Source: Isurus oxyrinchus
Taxonomy: Eukaryota
NCBI GenBank assembly: GCA_026770705.1
Contig: JANJGN010000039.1
Span: 10,602,001-10,666,000 of the forward strand
Direction: 5' to 3'
Length of the DNA stretch: 64,000 nt
In this document: piece after piece, positions 1 to 13,602 of the stretch
How the letters are laid out: each line of letters begins with the position of its first letter
How positions within the stretch are numbered: position 1 is the first letter of the stretch
Program-made: the position numbers and the translations under genes
The notes under the pieces: model-generated
What the model was told of the DNA's origin: nothing
The model's database searches: none
Seen by the model: only the letters and a program-made list of their open reading frames with translations

Positions 1-357
1 AATTAGTGGCGTTTCTCTATGTTACATTTGTCGAGTTATCCTGATCCAGATGGTGATGTTTTGTGTGTTGATCAGAACAACTGTTCCAATGAACACAAGG
101 CTGTCAGAACATGGCATCACAATTCATTCTGTCAAACTCTGCAACGCTAACAGAGGCTGATCAGTTTTTTTTATTATTAACACAATTGCAATTCACCATT
201 GATTACAGTATACTGTGAAATGGAGTTCAATTTGACATTATATTATAAACGAAAATTCTTAACAGCATATTAATTTCTTAGGATATTAAACGTTGTTACA
301 AGCGCTATTCTAACATGAGTTGTTTCAGGGTACAATGTTTATGTCCTCCTGTAAAGG

Positions 358-1262
358 TCAATGGGTTTTCAGCTGTGATTTGCATAATTTTACGCACAGT
401 TTCACAAGGTACTTCATTCCGCTCCTCAGCTCCTCCCTAAACCTAGCCTGTGTCAGCACATAAATGAATGTATTTGTGCAGCAACTTAGGTCCCCTAGCA
501 TGAATCCAACTGACTCAAGGTGATTTGCGCCAGAATTCGATGTAATTGTTACATGCAGAGAGATAAGATATATAACCGGAGTTGTCCAGAGCAATATAAA
601 GCAGCCGGTTATACTGAAGAGTAAAATAATGGACTTTCTTCGGCTTTCTATTTCAGAGTCCGTGTGATCTTCTCCATTGCTGCAACTGCGGAGACCCCTG
701 CGAACCTTACTGGCCACCAAAATATGTCTAGCCGTCAAAACATTTAGCAACAAGATTAGAATGAATGGAACACATGGTTTCAAGGTAAGGGTAAAAAAGG
801 CAAATGCGGCCCATTCATCAGAAATGAAAAATGTCTGTTTTAGGACACAACCACGATTTACATTGTCCATTATTTCTGCAGGTTCAAGCGCAAAGTACCA
901 GGGAATATTTATAAAAAAACTCAACACGCTCACCACTGATATGACAGCTACTGCTGTTGTCTCCGTGGAATATTTTTTTCGTAGCTTCCTACAACATATA
1001 GCCACAAAACGATCGAAGGTGAACATCACTGTTAACCAGAGAGACGCTGATGTGACTACATTAATCAGTGTCACATTTAGCTGGCACAGCGTGCTCATGG
1101 TCAAGAATGAAACAGCGAAATAAATATCCAGTGTATTCTTCAGTATGACTTCAGCACAAACAACCAGGAGATCTGCCACGGCCATGGCGATCATATAGTG
1201 GGTAATACATTTGGAGAGGCCACACTTTCTTCGGGAAAGAATCACAATCGCAACAACATTAA
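358..1262 (-). CDS. GPCR copy 1, exon 2: class A GPCR, GPR139/GPR142-like (rest of TM1 to C-terminus)
   Basis: Open frame with hydrophobic helices and motifs VNVVAIVIL, AMAVADLL, FTFDRFVAIC, NIPWYF, ECL2 Cys, PCVPF, LLWTT, SCCTNTFIYVLTQARFREEL. Acceptor tcttccag|TT at 1263/1262; TGA at 358-360. The ORF-track N-terminus MSSISCSLCPSLP is the intron polypyrimidine tract. Confidence 0.93.
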
Positions 1263-4200
1263 CTGGAAGAGAGGGACAGAGAGAGCAGGAGATTGATGAC
1301 ACAGAAGAACTTGATTAATTTTCTTCCTGTTGTAGCAAAGAAATGTGCATTTGACCCACATATGCCACAGTTAGCTTTCCGAGGCGAAGTTGTTCTAAAT
1401 GTAAACTGGACCTATTGAAAGTGCTTAGGGAAGAGAAACATTAGTTGATAATTCGTCTTTTGAAATGAAAATCATCAATGTAGACTGGACAACTATTGTA
1501 CAATAAAGACTGAGATTGCTGAGGGCGAATTTGACCTGGACAATTTGAATGCACACAAACGGCTTGGCATGGTGAATATTAAAAGGAAAATGGGTGGTGT
1601 AAAAATTCAATTCATGTGTGTTGGTCCAATGTGAAATGTGAAAGGTATGCACAATATAGAATCTGGGCCAAGTAAAATTATACTCCAGAAGAGGTAGACA
1701 TGCAGTTCGTGCTGGGCTGTCTATAGATGCGATAGGCACTGGGAAGGATTATTGTACTACAGGACTTACAGTTTGAAGATTAAATATTGCCCAGGGACAC
1801 GAACATACCGTGAACGCAAGTGAAAGTAAAAATGGAAAGGTAAAAAAAAACAGGAACATATAAGGCCACTGAGCTACATAAAAGACCAGCATAGATGAGG
1901 CCAAATGCAAGTTTTCACAAGCGTCATCACAGTGGCAGTACAATTTGAATCAATACAAGGTGACATTCTTATGCAGATTCCCAGTGAGAAGTTTTATTTG
2001 AGGATGAGAGCTGATTAGTCCAGTGTCTTAAGTCAGGCTGAGTAACGTGAGATTGATATGCTGGCTGGGCATTGTGCAGGATTATTTCAGATGAACACAT
2101 TGCTAATGCATTGCAGAAAAAGTGAAGCAACATTGCTATGCAGAATGGGTACAGTCAGTGCTGATCAAGAGGGCAGTATAATGGCAGAATGGGACCGGTG
2201 ACATGCTATCAGATTGAGTGAGCAATATTTATTGGCCATAGGGGCACATTTCTTGCAAAGCATAGTGAATGAGCAATTCGAAGATGTGCTTCTCGTGAGG
2301 ACATAACTAGCGTTTTGCTTCCGAGTAGGCCGGACAGAGTTCCCATTAATTGAACGGCTGCAGAACAAATCACTTTGTTGTGGAAAGGGCAGAAGGGAAT
2401 CGCTTGTCTTTCAAGGACAGCATCATTGATTTGAAAGGTGAAGCTGAAAATTTAATTTTGCTTGGCACCAAGTACAGAAGATCGTGGTAAAGATTGACTG
2501 TGATGGGCACATCGATTTGAGTCTGTAGACTAATATGTGTTCAGAAAGGTGAAATTACAAATTGTCGATTACCTGACGATAAAGACCTAGCACCTAACAC
2601 ATCCATGTTTAAATTAATACCCTCTAAAGCTTACTTCATTTCAGATTGGCCAGGCTCATAAAGTCCATGAATTTTAGCATTTGTTCATAAAATGCATGTT
2701 TCTTTTTTTTTCAAAATGCAGGAACCTTTTCAGAGAATTAGCGAAGTGAATCACTGCTGAATCACTATACAGAAGATTAACTTCAGACATTTATACTGAT
2801 TACTGATGAAAATAAGTGATCTATATAAATCAAATGAAATTGACCTGAGACTCAGATAATCACGGTTGCATTATGATTCTGTTGTCTACTTAGTAAAGGT
2901 CCAGTTGAATTGTTAAGAACAGATTTGCTAAGTGAATCTCACTGAACGAATTTGTAGCTGCCAGATATGTAATAACTTGATGCACACGTTTATTAAATTA
3001 CTTTTCTGCATTTCAAAGCACTTTAAATACCTCCAGCCTGAATTTTTATCGAATGTAGGTAATCAGCACATTGCCGAAATTTTGTTTGTACGTCTGGTGG
3101 CGATGATAGAGGATAAGATTCATGGCTCTGGAAAGGGTGCAGAATAGGTTTCCGACTGAAAACTCCGGTGAGATTCGGGAGGCACAGATTAGGAAAGAAG
3201 ATAATGCACATTCTCAAAATAATGGGATGAATAGATATAGAGTTATTTCAAGTACCAGCTGTTCTCAAGGCTATGCAATATGGTTGCAGACTGAACGTAG
3301 ACTTTTCGCAAAATTGAACTTAGGGAAACAAAAATGCATTGATGTCTATAAACAGGGTGGTGAAGTAACAGTTTGGATCATATTATTTCAGTAAGTTGTT
3401 CGTTAATAATTCAGATGAACTCTAAATGAAGTAAGGCGAATTAGCCGGATAAAGATAAACAGTTTTTAACATTTCTGAATCAGATTGCAAGTTGGCAAGC
3501 TTTGACCACAAAAAAAAATCTATTCGTGTTACATACACAACCCAGTTTGGTAGCCTCCTGTTGACAATTCTCTAACTCGAATGCAAGCAGCAAACATTGA
3601 TTGTCTTAATGGAGCTGTCAATGATAATCACAAACAGCCTTGGAAACGCCAGGTAATGGATAAAAAATAAAGTTTGAGTTTCTGTTGACCATGTAGGATT
3701 CACTGGAAAAGGTGGAATTATTAATCAAAGCTAGTTTGACACAATTGCAGCTTAAAATAAATAACAAAATAAAACAAGTTAAAATAAATAACAAAAATGA
3801 AAATTGAACTTCATTTACCCGATAACATTTACCCGAAATAATTAACTATGCGCTATTGTGAGTGATGATAAGATGGTTAGCCAAAATATCCTCATTTGAA
3901 ACTGTACTGGTCAGCACTGTAAATAAGGAAACAATGTAAACAGTGCAGTAATTTAAACAATTATATATTGAAGCAACTAATGTTTGGACAAATTAATTTT
4001 CAAAACAATTATCCAATAAATTATCATTATATTCCCAGAATATTCCTCCGAATTAAACATTGAAATGCCCAAGGAATGAACTAACCATTATCTACCGAAT
4101 GAAATAGTCCCCAATCCAAAAGATTATCCACTACTTAGCTAGCAAATTAATTATACAGACATGAAATATATTATCAACATTATTCCCTGCTAAATAAACT

Positions 4201-4707
4201 AGAGATATGAACATGTATACATGCTATAGAATCATCCATTGCTCCCTGCAAATGCAGTCTGCTTCTGACCTGTTATTGACCTGCTGTTTGGGAAAGGAAA
4301 ATGGAGCAGGTGCAGTGCACTTTGGTTTATGTGCCTCTTGGTTTTGTTACTGTAACCATCCGAGTCTGAAGAACTGCAGAGCGGTGAAGTTTCCTCCACG
4401 GTCCCAAATCCATATCACTTGAACAACAATGATCTATTCGCAATGTAAGTACAAAATAACAATTTCCTATGGCATCTTTTGCATGCAAAACAGAAACTTA
4501 AGGGCTAATTCTTTTCAGTGGATATCTGAATGTTGTGGAGAACGCAATACCGAGTGTGATTCACTGAACTGTGTTTTTGGTTCTGACGCATTGTTGAGGG
4601 TCGGTAGCAGCATTTACACTAGAGAAGTGACACACATCCTCCGGTGCAGGTTCAAAACGCTAATCCCGATTTTGGATCATAAAGAAACATTACATTAAGT
4701 AGACAGC

Positions 4708-5496
4708 GGCCTGGATTTTACATTATTCGGCAGCGTGAAATTAGAGAAATGTAAAATTAGCACTTTTCCTACTCAGCCTCCCTTAGACCATCTCCCGCCC
4801 CACAATTCATTAAATTCCCTCGGGGAGGAGGCAATGAGGGAGCCAAAATGGGGTCCGCGTCCAATCGGCAGTGAAAGCCTGAACATCGTGCGGCAGAATG
4901 TAATGCAGTGAACAGAAAGTCGATATGGCTGCAAGCTCAAGACCACCTGGTCTCAGAAACTGTTTTTGCAAAACTATTATTCGTTGGAAACTCAGGCAAG
5001 AAACAAAACAGAGAAAAGTAGACATGAAGGCAGCACAATCCCACCTTCCCCAGCACAATCTGTTGCTACATTTATTCATGGTCCCGGAGGCAGAACGTCT
5101 CTTCCGCGCGATTGCCGTCAGATGGTTGCTGCCGGAAACTTTGTTTTCTCTCGTCTGGGCCACGGTAAGTGCAAGTCACGAATGAATAAAAGATGCCATT
5201 GTGTCATTGACAAACTCAATAACTTGCTCATTAGCAACTTTTAAAAGGTGGGCCCTCCCGTTCCCCATCTGCAACTGGGAGATTCAGGTACGTGACGACA
5301 TTATACCCGATGCACGTCATTGATCTTCGTGCGTATTCGGCATTTTTGAAGTGGGTGGGTGATGGAGGTGGGAGTTCTGGGGGAATCAGGCGGTGGTGGG
5401 GGGGGGGGGGGGTTGGGTGGGTGGGGGGTAGTGGGGGGGGGGGGGGTGGGGGGGGAGAGGGGGAGGGGTGCGTGTTTCGGTCGAAATTTCCAGCCA
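4708..5496. mobile_element. Possible non-autonomous DNA transposon (MITE-like) in the GPCR intron, containing a poly-G tract
   Basis: Imperfect terminal inverted repeats GGCCTGGATTTTAC ... GAAATTTCCAGCC; paralogous copy near 42400-43110. Confidence 0.4.
5352..5470 (+). repeat. G-rich low-complexity tract
   Basis: Several runs of 7 or more G; source of the poly-Pro and poly-Gly ORFs. Confidence 0.9.
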
Positions 5497-6519
5497 ATCC
5501 TTTTGCTTAAATATTTAGATATTTAGAAGTGAATTCAAAACATACGTTCTCAGTTTGGGACCAGTGTTCTCCAAAATAATTTACATTTAAACATGCATTT
5601 TGTAGTTAATCTTTGTTGAGTCGGAACAAAAGAAACTTCCGGGCCATCATTTCAATAGAAAAAGGACATCAATATTCATAGATTCTTCACCATGCAACAT
5701 TTTATTTTCTTTGCTTATATTGTCAAGAGTAGCACTTTTATTTCCTTTTGCACTAGTTCTTCTTGACAGTAACGGTTTTAAAGTGTTGCAGTCCATGTGA
5801 AGTGGATACAAACACAATGCTACGAGCGACGATTTCCAGGTTTTTGGTCTAGTGACAGTCAGGGAACGGTGATTTATCTCCAAGTCAGAGTGGTGTGTGA
5901 CTTGGAAAGGATTTTGTAATTAAGAGTGTTCTCCTGCCTCTCCTGCTCTTGCCGTTCCAGGCTTTCGAGGTCAAATGCACAAACGAAAAAACTTTGCTAA
6001 CATCTGACATATGTCTCAGCAGCAGCGATCATGCGTAACAACACGGCTTATCCTGGTGAATTGTAAGACAGGAAAACAAACAGGTGCAAAAACCTAATTG
6101 AATTCGCTCTACCAACCAATACGCCACATGTATATGTGTCCATTCAATCATGGATATGATTGACCAGGGCACGGTCCTCGTGCAGACGAATTCCACCTTC
6201 ACATTGGGGCTTCCCTCCATCGTTTTGTGTGAGACAACCATTGTGCTAAATGGGGTCGGTTTCACCTAGATCAAAAACTCAAAAGTGCACATTCACGACG
6301 CACTGTGGACCATTGGCTGGAGCTGATTTGTGCACAACCATAATTTGTAACCCCAAGCCCAACGTATCCCCGACTCTACAATTTTCATGTGAGCTCTTTA
6401 TGCTGATGTTTGCGGTGCTGGTCAAGCATTCTACTTTGCTCCTTTGGTGTAGATTTCATTAGGTATGTTGTAACTCTGCGACAAGGAATGTTCAACAGAT
6501 TACCTCTTGGATTACTGGT

Positions 6520-6990
6520 ATTTAGCTGGGATTGTCCTATGTGGAGACATTGATGACACTGGTCCTCTGCTTTCTGGCGCCCTGGTAAATGAGAAGTGAT
6601 CTCACTGAAGCATTGACCGTTCTTATACGTTTCGGTGGTGTAGATCTTGCATGGATGTTTCCCCTGGCGGGTGTGTCTAAAACCAGGAAAAACAATATCA
6701 GAATAAGAGGACTGAATTTACAAATGAGATGAGGATAATTGCATCACTCAGGGAGGGATAAATGATCGAAATTATGTCCTGCAACCTCGGCAGATGGGCA
6801 GTCACTGAATATATTGAAGGCGCCTATGAACTGATTTCTCAATATTCAATGCATCCGAAGATATGAGATATTGCATGGAATGTCGTGAAGGCATTATTTC
6901 AGCCGGGATATACTTGAGTTGTGGAGCACCCCCCTTGCGGCCAAGTGGCCAACTTCTACTCGGATTTCCTATGCTTCTATGTCTTTCTGC
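6520..6990 (+). mobile_element. Old CR1-type LINE 3' fragment (paralogues at ~46100-46570 and, inverted, ~61150-61640)
   Basis: Degenerate match to the RT C-terminal 'RMRGDLIE..KIL.G.D..D...MFPL' DNA seen in younger copies in this window. Confidence 0.6.
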
Positions 6991-8130
6991 CAGTGCCACC
7001 ATTTAGTGTGACAATATGATTTTCCCAAAGCCAAAGGGGAGTCCGACAATGCTTACTATAAATTCACTCCAATTCTGAATGTAAATTAGTTAGAAGAGGA
7101 AGCAGGTTTTACAACAACAGGAAGTGGAGGGCTAGGAATTGAAATGAGCAGAATAAGGAGAACCAGATAACTACTCGAGAAGCACAGGTGTTCCGAAATC
7201 GGGCCACGTATGTTTCAGTTAGCAATCTGCATGCTGAGATAGATGTTTGACTACTTACGCCCGGCGTCAGTAGTTGAGTACAGAATTCTCGGCTAATGCT
7301 CTATTGCCGTAGTGAAGTAATTCTGCACCATCGGACGTAATAACTTTCAGAACAGATGTCAATTCGATTGAAAGTGTAAACGTGCAAGAACGCTTGCGAT
7401 TATTTCCTCGGACAACATTGTCGTAGCCACTTGCGTCCTGCTAAAGCCTACAAAAAATATCATCTGGTCATTGTCAACTTGCTGCTTGTGGAAGCTTCCG
7501 GACCAAAAATTGCCTGCCACCTTTTGCGTTACTTCGGTGACTGCACTTCATGTAAATTCATTAAGGTGATCGATATTAGAGAGTGTAGAAATGCATGCAT
7601 TTCAATAGACAAGTGACTAAGACATCGGAATGTCTTCAGCACACATAGTAATCTGTTTCACCCAGATTTCCAGATATCCTCTCTGTATACAGATTTGTAA
7701 AAGTATCGCTGTGGTAAGATGTATGTGATTTGACAGGGATTCCGTTCCTTTAAATATTGGAAGATGGATGAAAATAATTAGCAACGGCTTCAAGTATTTC
7801 AAGCAGAATTTTGCAGAATGCGAATTTGCTTCTGCACAGATTTTTCACAGTTTGTGTTTGCTACAAATTCAAACTCGGTTTGCACCTGATAATGATAATT
7901 ATTGCAGAGCCGACCCTGTTATATGACATTCCGTAAAGCAAGAATAAGGTGTCAGCAGTGGAGACCACGGAGAGTAAGAGAGAGCAACAGGAAGACCGTG
8001 TTAACGTTATGGTTAAACATACATCCCTGCTTTGACAACTTTCCATCTGTAAATAAATAATTCCATGTTATCGGAACCGGCGTTTGAGAACATCCATTTA
8101 TTCAGGCAATGATTGTATTTAGGCTCTTAC

Positions 8131-8200
8131 CAGGAACACCAATAGCCGCGAGAATAGGATAGTAAATGGCTTCTATCTGCCGAAGTATCAGTTCTCCCAT
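8131..8200 (-). CDS. GPCR copy 1, exon 1 (MGELILRQIEAIYYPILAAIGVP + 1 nt)
   Basis: ATG at 8200 is conserved in all three copies. The 70-nt exon ends G|GTAAG. Phase 1 joins exon 2 (G+TT=Val), giving 975 nt = 324 aa + stop. Confidence 0.92.
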
Positions 8201-8469
8201 CTTCATGTGGAGATGTCTTTCCTGCAGAGATGGATGCACAACATGGAATGAACGTGTGAGCTGAAAGGTAGAAATCCTCTTCTTCTTTAAATTCATTTCA
8301 GGAAAATAAGAGAAACACGTCAAAATCACAGGCGATTCGGAAGGAGTTGCCACATTAATTAATCTGGAGCACCAGGGTAAAACTGGCGCGACAGCATTCG
8401 TAGCAGGGAACAGAGAAAATCTGTTAACTGTGGATAACATGAAGCCCTTTATTTAAGTAATCATACTCA

Positions 8470-8760
8470 CGGCCGCTACGATCTAGAAAGACAAAGGCAA
8501 AATAATCATGGGAATGCCACATGCTGAAGGTTCCTCTCCCAGCCACTCATCGCCCTGGTTCGCAAAAATATCGCCGTTTCTTCACTGTCTCCGTGTCAAA
8601 TTAAAGGACCACAAACCCCCAACCCCTGCTAATAATAACGTGAATGTAACAACACCACAAAGACCGCAGCAGCTCACCACCCACTTCACAAGGGGAATTA
8701 TAGTTGGGCAATAAATTCTGGCATTGCCAGCGTTGCCCTCATTGATGAATTGAAAGAAGG
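8470..8760 (+). mobile_element. HER1/CR1-type LINE 3' end just upstream of GPCR exon 1 (paralogues ~48075-48380 and ~59400-59690)
   Basis: cagcagctcaccacccactt...gggcaataaattctggcattgccagcg tail; reverse complement of the repeat at 17225-17525. Confidence 0.65.
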
Positions 8761-11700
8761 ACAGAAATTTATATTGTTCATCCGAGGGCATTTTAGTAAA
8801 CGTACATCGGAAAACGAGAGCTTCGAAAATGGGTTTGTAAATGGCCCGTGTCTGATGAAGTACAGCAAATTATATCTTCGGTGAGAAGCGCTAACTCTTG
8901 TTGAAACAGATACACCAGCCTGTTGGAAAAGATGAAATGTGACATTCAGAGGAACTGTTAAGTAGACAGCAGCTAAATCGCGAGGAGAGCATTCATGTCC
9001 CCTAAAGAAATCAATTAGTTTCAGTCATTGAACAAACAGGTTACGTCAGTTGCTCTCCTTCTGAAATGAACCGTTTCGAACTGAAACGGCCAACATTGGA
9101 ATACAATTGAAGGGGCTATATTTTAATGAGCAACGGGTAGATCCCATACTGGATAGTCACGGCGGGAAATGATTGACCCACAGGGCGATGTTGGGAATCA
9201 AATCGTTACTAATTTATATCAAAATGATTCGAGAGAACTCAATCAGCCTGAACCGCCACGAGAAGAAGTGGGGCAATTGTAAATGTTCATCACTGTTTTG
9301 TGATTCCGGACCAAGTCTTTGCTGAAACTGGGCACATGTCTGATGGATGTCTTTCTCATTAAATCTTCCAGAGCGAACTCATACGCTGCCCAGATCTTTC
9401 CGTGGATTCCTTGGGCACTGACATTTCGGTCAGATTCTTGGCCTACATTGTGGGTGGTTGCACAAAAATTTGCACCATTCTGCCTGGAAATTATAAACGT
9501 AACCATAGGACCGGGAAGGCTGGTGTTGGTGGTGACCTGATGAGCAGTAGAAATTGTATGCAGTAGGCTTTTCTTTTCTCAACCAAAATATTTCAAAATA
9601 ATGTGTTGAAGACAATCCGACCCCATACCCCCTCAGTAACGATTCTCCACGCCATGCAATGCTGCTGCTCAACCTCTCACATACTCCATCCAGAGAGATG
9701 GTTGACATGAATGAAAAAACCTTTTTTTGTAATAGAAGAATGGGATATATAGACTACATTGCTCGGAGGCTGTTCCACTCTTAACATTTAACTCTTAACC
9801 ATCAAACGTCTTCTGCAGACAATCATTAGCACATGGATGCACTGATTACAATGAACCCGAATCGACGGCGCCTCCGGCTTTGGTGTGGTCTGCATTTCAA
9901 ACACCCACCAAAACCAGAGTATTTACTGGCAGTTGGTCATTCGGCCCCTTGAGCATGTTCTGCAACTCGGAAAACTCATGGTTTATCTGATCGTGGCCTC
10001 AGCCCCGCTCTCCGCCAATCAGCGTCTTCCGCCGGCCCTTTCCGCCACTTTCCGCACATCACACACTTAAACGCTCATGACCCTACTCTCCCTTATTGGT
10101 CAATAAACTTTTCAACTCAGCCAATATTATGCGACAGAACGGAACAGACGATCAGTGTAATTCTCTCTTTTTGCAAAGTGGGTCGTCAATGTGAACCTAT
10201 TTCATGTCACTTGCGGCGCCAAATAAGGCTGTTTAATACACTTTAATGTGCAACCCAGCTCTGTTTTTCATACATTTGTGAGTCATTCTCCAAGCATGCG
10301 GTCAAAGCGCTTGACACAGGATTACACATATATTTCAGGACCACAGGCAGCGTTTCCAAAGAGCCAAAATTAAATCCTTGCACAGAGGTTACTGGAAAGC
10401 TACAGAGGAATGTCTTATTCGCGGACCAATGCACACTCATAGTTCAGGATCCGGAGACATTCAGCTGCGTGCTGAGCGCTTTGCTGCAAACTCAGAATGT
10501 CTTCGATTGACAATATATCTGAGGATAGAGATGCTGCATCAAATCGTTGCTGGTCACGTGCTCCAAGATACCACAGTCGCTTTGAACAACGCACTCCTCT
10601 GTTCTTTACGGAAGTTTTGCTAACTTGGCAGCATGCAATCCAAGAACACTAACTGGATGGGAAAATTTCCCATCGCCTGACAAAAACAAGCTCGGCATTT
10701 GGCAAGCTTCACTCGCTGACTTCTGCAAATAAAACACGGATTTTCCCGCAGATGGAAGATCAAGGCCTGCCAGGCAGTGTTTCTTTTTATATCACTTTCA
10801 TATCAGCGCGAGACTTGCATAACCTTTCGGCCTCTTAGGAAGTTCATGAAAACTTTACAACTTGACTGCCCGTAAAACATTTCCAACGGTTCTTGGCAAT
10901 GCAAAATCCGCAAAACCGATAATCTTGCAAAGTGCAGCATGACTGACAGCGAAAATATATTCATTACAGCCCCGGTTCCCGGAGTAGGTCATGCGGTTCA
11001 TCTGGAAAATGCCTACGTACCAAACGCCACACTCGGTGAGCACAGGATGTCTGAAATCTGAAGGCCAAACTCAGAGATTGCAAGCTGGATCACAGTACAT
11101 GGATTCCTGATGCGACCTTGCTAAAAACAACGCGGTGTGCCTGCACCATATGAAGCATACTCCCGGAGCACCGGAATTCTCGTACTAAAATGGGGGGTTC
11201 ACAGGCTGGCTTCTGGCGAAAAACCCTGTGGGGATGGAGGATTGGGGAAAGGGGCAAGACTGTGTTGGCCCCCAGTCAAAATCCTGCACAAATGCGGCAG
11301 ATTTGTGGCAGTCAATGGGCACATTTTTCAGGAAAGGGGTGCCTTTCCGTACCTGCCTCTGTCACTTACCATTCCTCGTCCAAAGGGCGGCCAAAGAGAA
11401 AGGTGTAAGGCTGCACTGCAGGTCTCCGTAAAGCAATGAGGCCTTAACAACAGGGCACGGGAGGAGAATGCTGCCAGTCTCTCAGCCTGGCACCAAACTG
11501 TCCATCAAATCGAAAACCACTTCGAGGCTCAAAAGAGTGCTGAAAAGGCCGAGGCACAGGAAGGAAAAGTGAACCGTCCTAGGCCTTTAATTTCCAAAAG
11601 TTAGTGCTAAAAACCAGTCCCACGGCGGAAGAACATATTTGTCCTGAGTTGGAATCCTCAGTCATCTGAAATCACCTTGAGCTTAACACACTTCTTTCTA

Positions 11701-12300
11701 GGTACTGATGGAATGCCCCTGACGTCAATAAGATGAAACAGACAATTTCAGGAAGATAGGACACCTCCACATCTTCAAGGGCAATTTGGGTGGAGCAACA
11801 AGTTGTGGCCCATCTAACCACATCCCTGCCACATGAATGGATACGTCTGAAAACATGATTCTGAACAAAATAACAAACCATCGGCACAACCAAATGGAGG
11901 AATCATCCAGTGATTTCAGCATGTGTGGAGAGCAGAGTCAAGCACATTAAAGACAAGGAAGCGAGTGCAAAGTTAATTTATTCCGCCTGAAAAGACATTT
12001 TATGCAGAATTTGGCAATCGATCGTGCAAGGATAGACCTGATCTAACCTCTCACGTGATAGCACACTGGCACTTTTTTTTTTTGCAGCGCACTCACATGT
12101 CGACGGGCCGGGAGAATTAATCATCAAGCAGACCGACAGACGGATAGTCAGACACATAGATGTACAGATAGACAGACCTTCAAATGGATAGACTGATTTG
12201 AAGAGAGAGTTGAACGCGCGCGAGAGAGAGAGCGAGACAGAATGTGCAACAAATGGACCGACCGAGTGAAAGAGCAAGAGAGTGAGAGAGCGAGATGGAC

Positions 12301-13152
12301 GGATAGATAGATAGATATTTAAATAGATAGATAGATAGACCGANNNNNNNNNNNNNNNNNNNNNNNNNNNNNNNNNNNNNNNNNNNNNNNNNNNNNNNNN
12401 NNNNNNNNNNNNNNNNNNNNNNNNNNNNNNNNNNNNNNNNNNNNNNNNNNNNNNNNNNNNNNNNNNNNNNNNNNNNNNNNNNNNNNNNNNNNNNNNNNNN
12501 NNNNNNNNNNNNNNNNNNNNNNNNNNNNNNNNNNNNNNNNNNNNNNNNNNNNNNNNNNNNNNNNNNNNNNNNNNNNNNNNNNNNNNNNNNNNNNNNNNNN
12601 NNNNNNNNNNNNNNNNNNNNNNNNNNNNNNNNNNNNNNNNNNNNNNNNNNNNNNNNNNNNNNNNNNNNNNNNNNNNNNNNNNNNNNNNNNNNNNNNNNNN
12701 NNNNNNNNNNNNNNNNNNNNNNNNNNNNNNNNNNNNNNNNNNNNNNNNNNNNNNNNNNNNNNNNNNNNNNNNNNNNNNNNNNNNNNNNNNNNNNNNNNNN
12801 NNNNNNNNNNNNNNNNNNNNNNNNNNNNNNNNNNNNNNNNNNNNNNNACATAGAAAGATAGATAGATCGATAGATAGATAGATAGAAAGATAGATAGATG
12901 GATAGACTGATANNNNNNNNNNNNNNNNNNNNNNNNNNNNNNNNNNNNNNNNNNNNNNNNNNNNNNNNNNNNNNNNNNNNNNNNNNNNNNNNNNNNNNNN
13001 NNNNNNNNNNNNNNNNNNNNNNNNNNNNNNNNNNNNNNNNNNNNNNNNNNNNNNNNNNNNNNNNNNNNNNNNNNNNNNNNNNNNNNNNNNNNNNNNNNNN
13101 NNNNNNNAAATAGATAGGTATATATATATAGATAGATAGATAGATAGATAGT

Positions 13153-13210
<58 letters not shown>
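12301..13210. repeat. (GATA)n microsatellite containing two assembly gaps (12344-12847, 12913-13107)
   Basis: Directly visible. Confidence 0.97.
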
Positions 13211-13211
<1 letters not shown>

Positions 13212-13475
13212 AAGCAAAGAACTGCAGATGCTGGGAATCCTAAACAAAAGCAAAAATACGTGGAAGAACTCAGCAGGTCTGACAGCATCTGCACAGAGAA
13301 ACACAATTAACGTTTCGCGTTCGTATGACTCTTCAACGGAACTCAGGAAAAATTGAAAAGAGGCGAAATATAAGCTGGTTTAAAGGAGGTTGTGAGGCAC
13401 AGGTAGAGCTCGATAAAAGGCCAGTGATCACTGTCATACGGACTTGAAACGTTAACTGTCTTCCTTTCCACAGAG
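13211..13475. mobile_element. Penelope-type terminal repeat units (two, in opposite orientation)
   Basis: gcagatgctggga...ctcagcaggtctgacagcatctg...ttaacgtttcg; same family as 21762-21955 and 39726-39866. Confidence 0.65.
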
Positions 13476-13602
13476 CACACGTCCAGATCAATCATTCAAT
13501 ATATTACCACCTTGAGTCGCCGCTCTCCCAATTCAAGCTTTTGAAGTAACCGTAGGATCACGGATCATGCCTCAATTTCTCTCTCTCTCTCTCTCCCTCT
13601 TT

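Noticed and set aside
677-1123. 148-aa plus-strand ORF (and its paralogue 38177-38563)
   Set aside because: Antisense shadow of the GPCR exon; no independent gene signals.
5231-5510. Poly-Pro and poly-Gly ORFs
   Set aside because: Translations of the poly-G tract.
8102-8440. 112-aa ORF (and 47662-47967) as a standalone gene or long GPCR N-terminus
   Set aside because: Only 8131-8200 is supported. The extra ATG at 8206 is ATA in copies 2 and 3, and the upstream extensions differ between copies.
11978-13306. 442-aa, 223-aa and 71-aa ORFs
   Set aside because: Artefacts of N gaps and (TATC)n.
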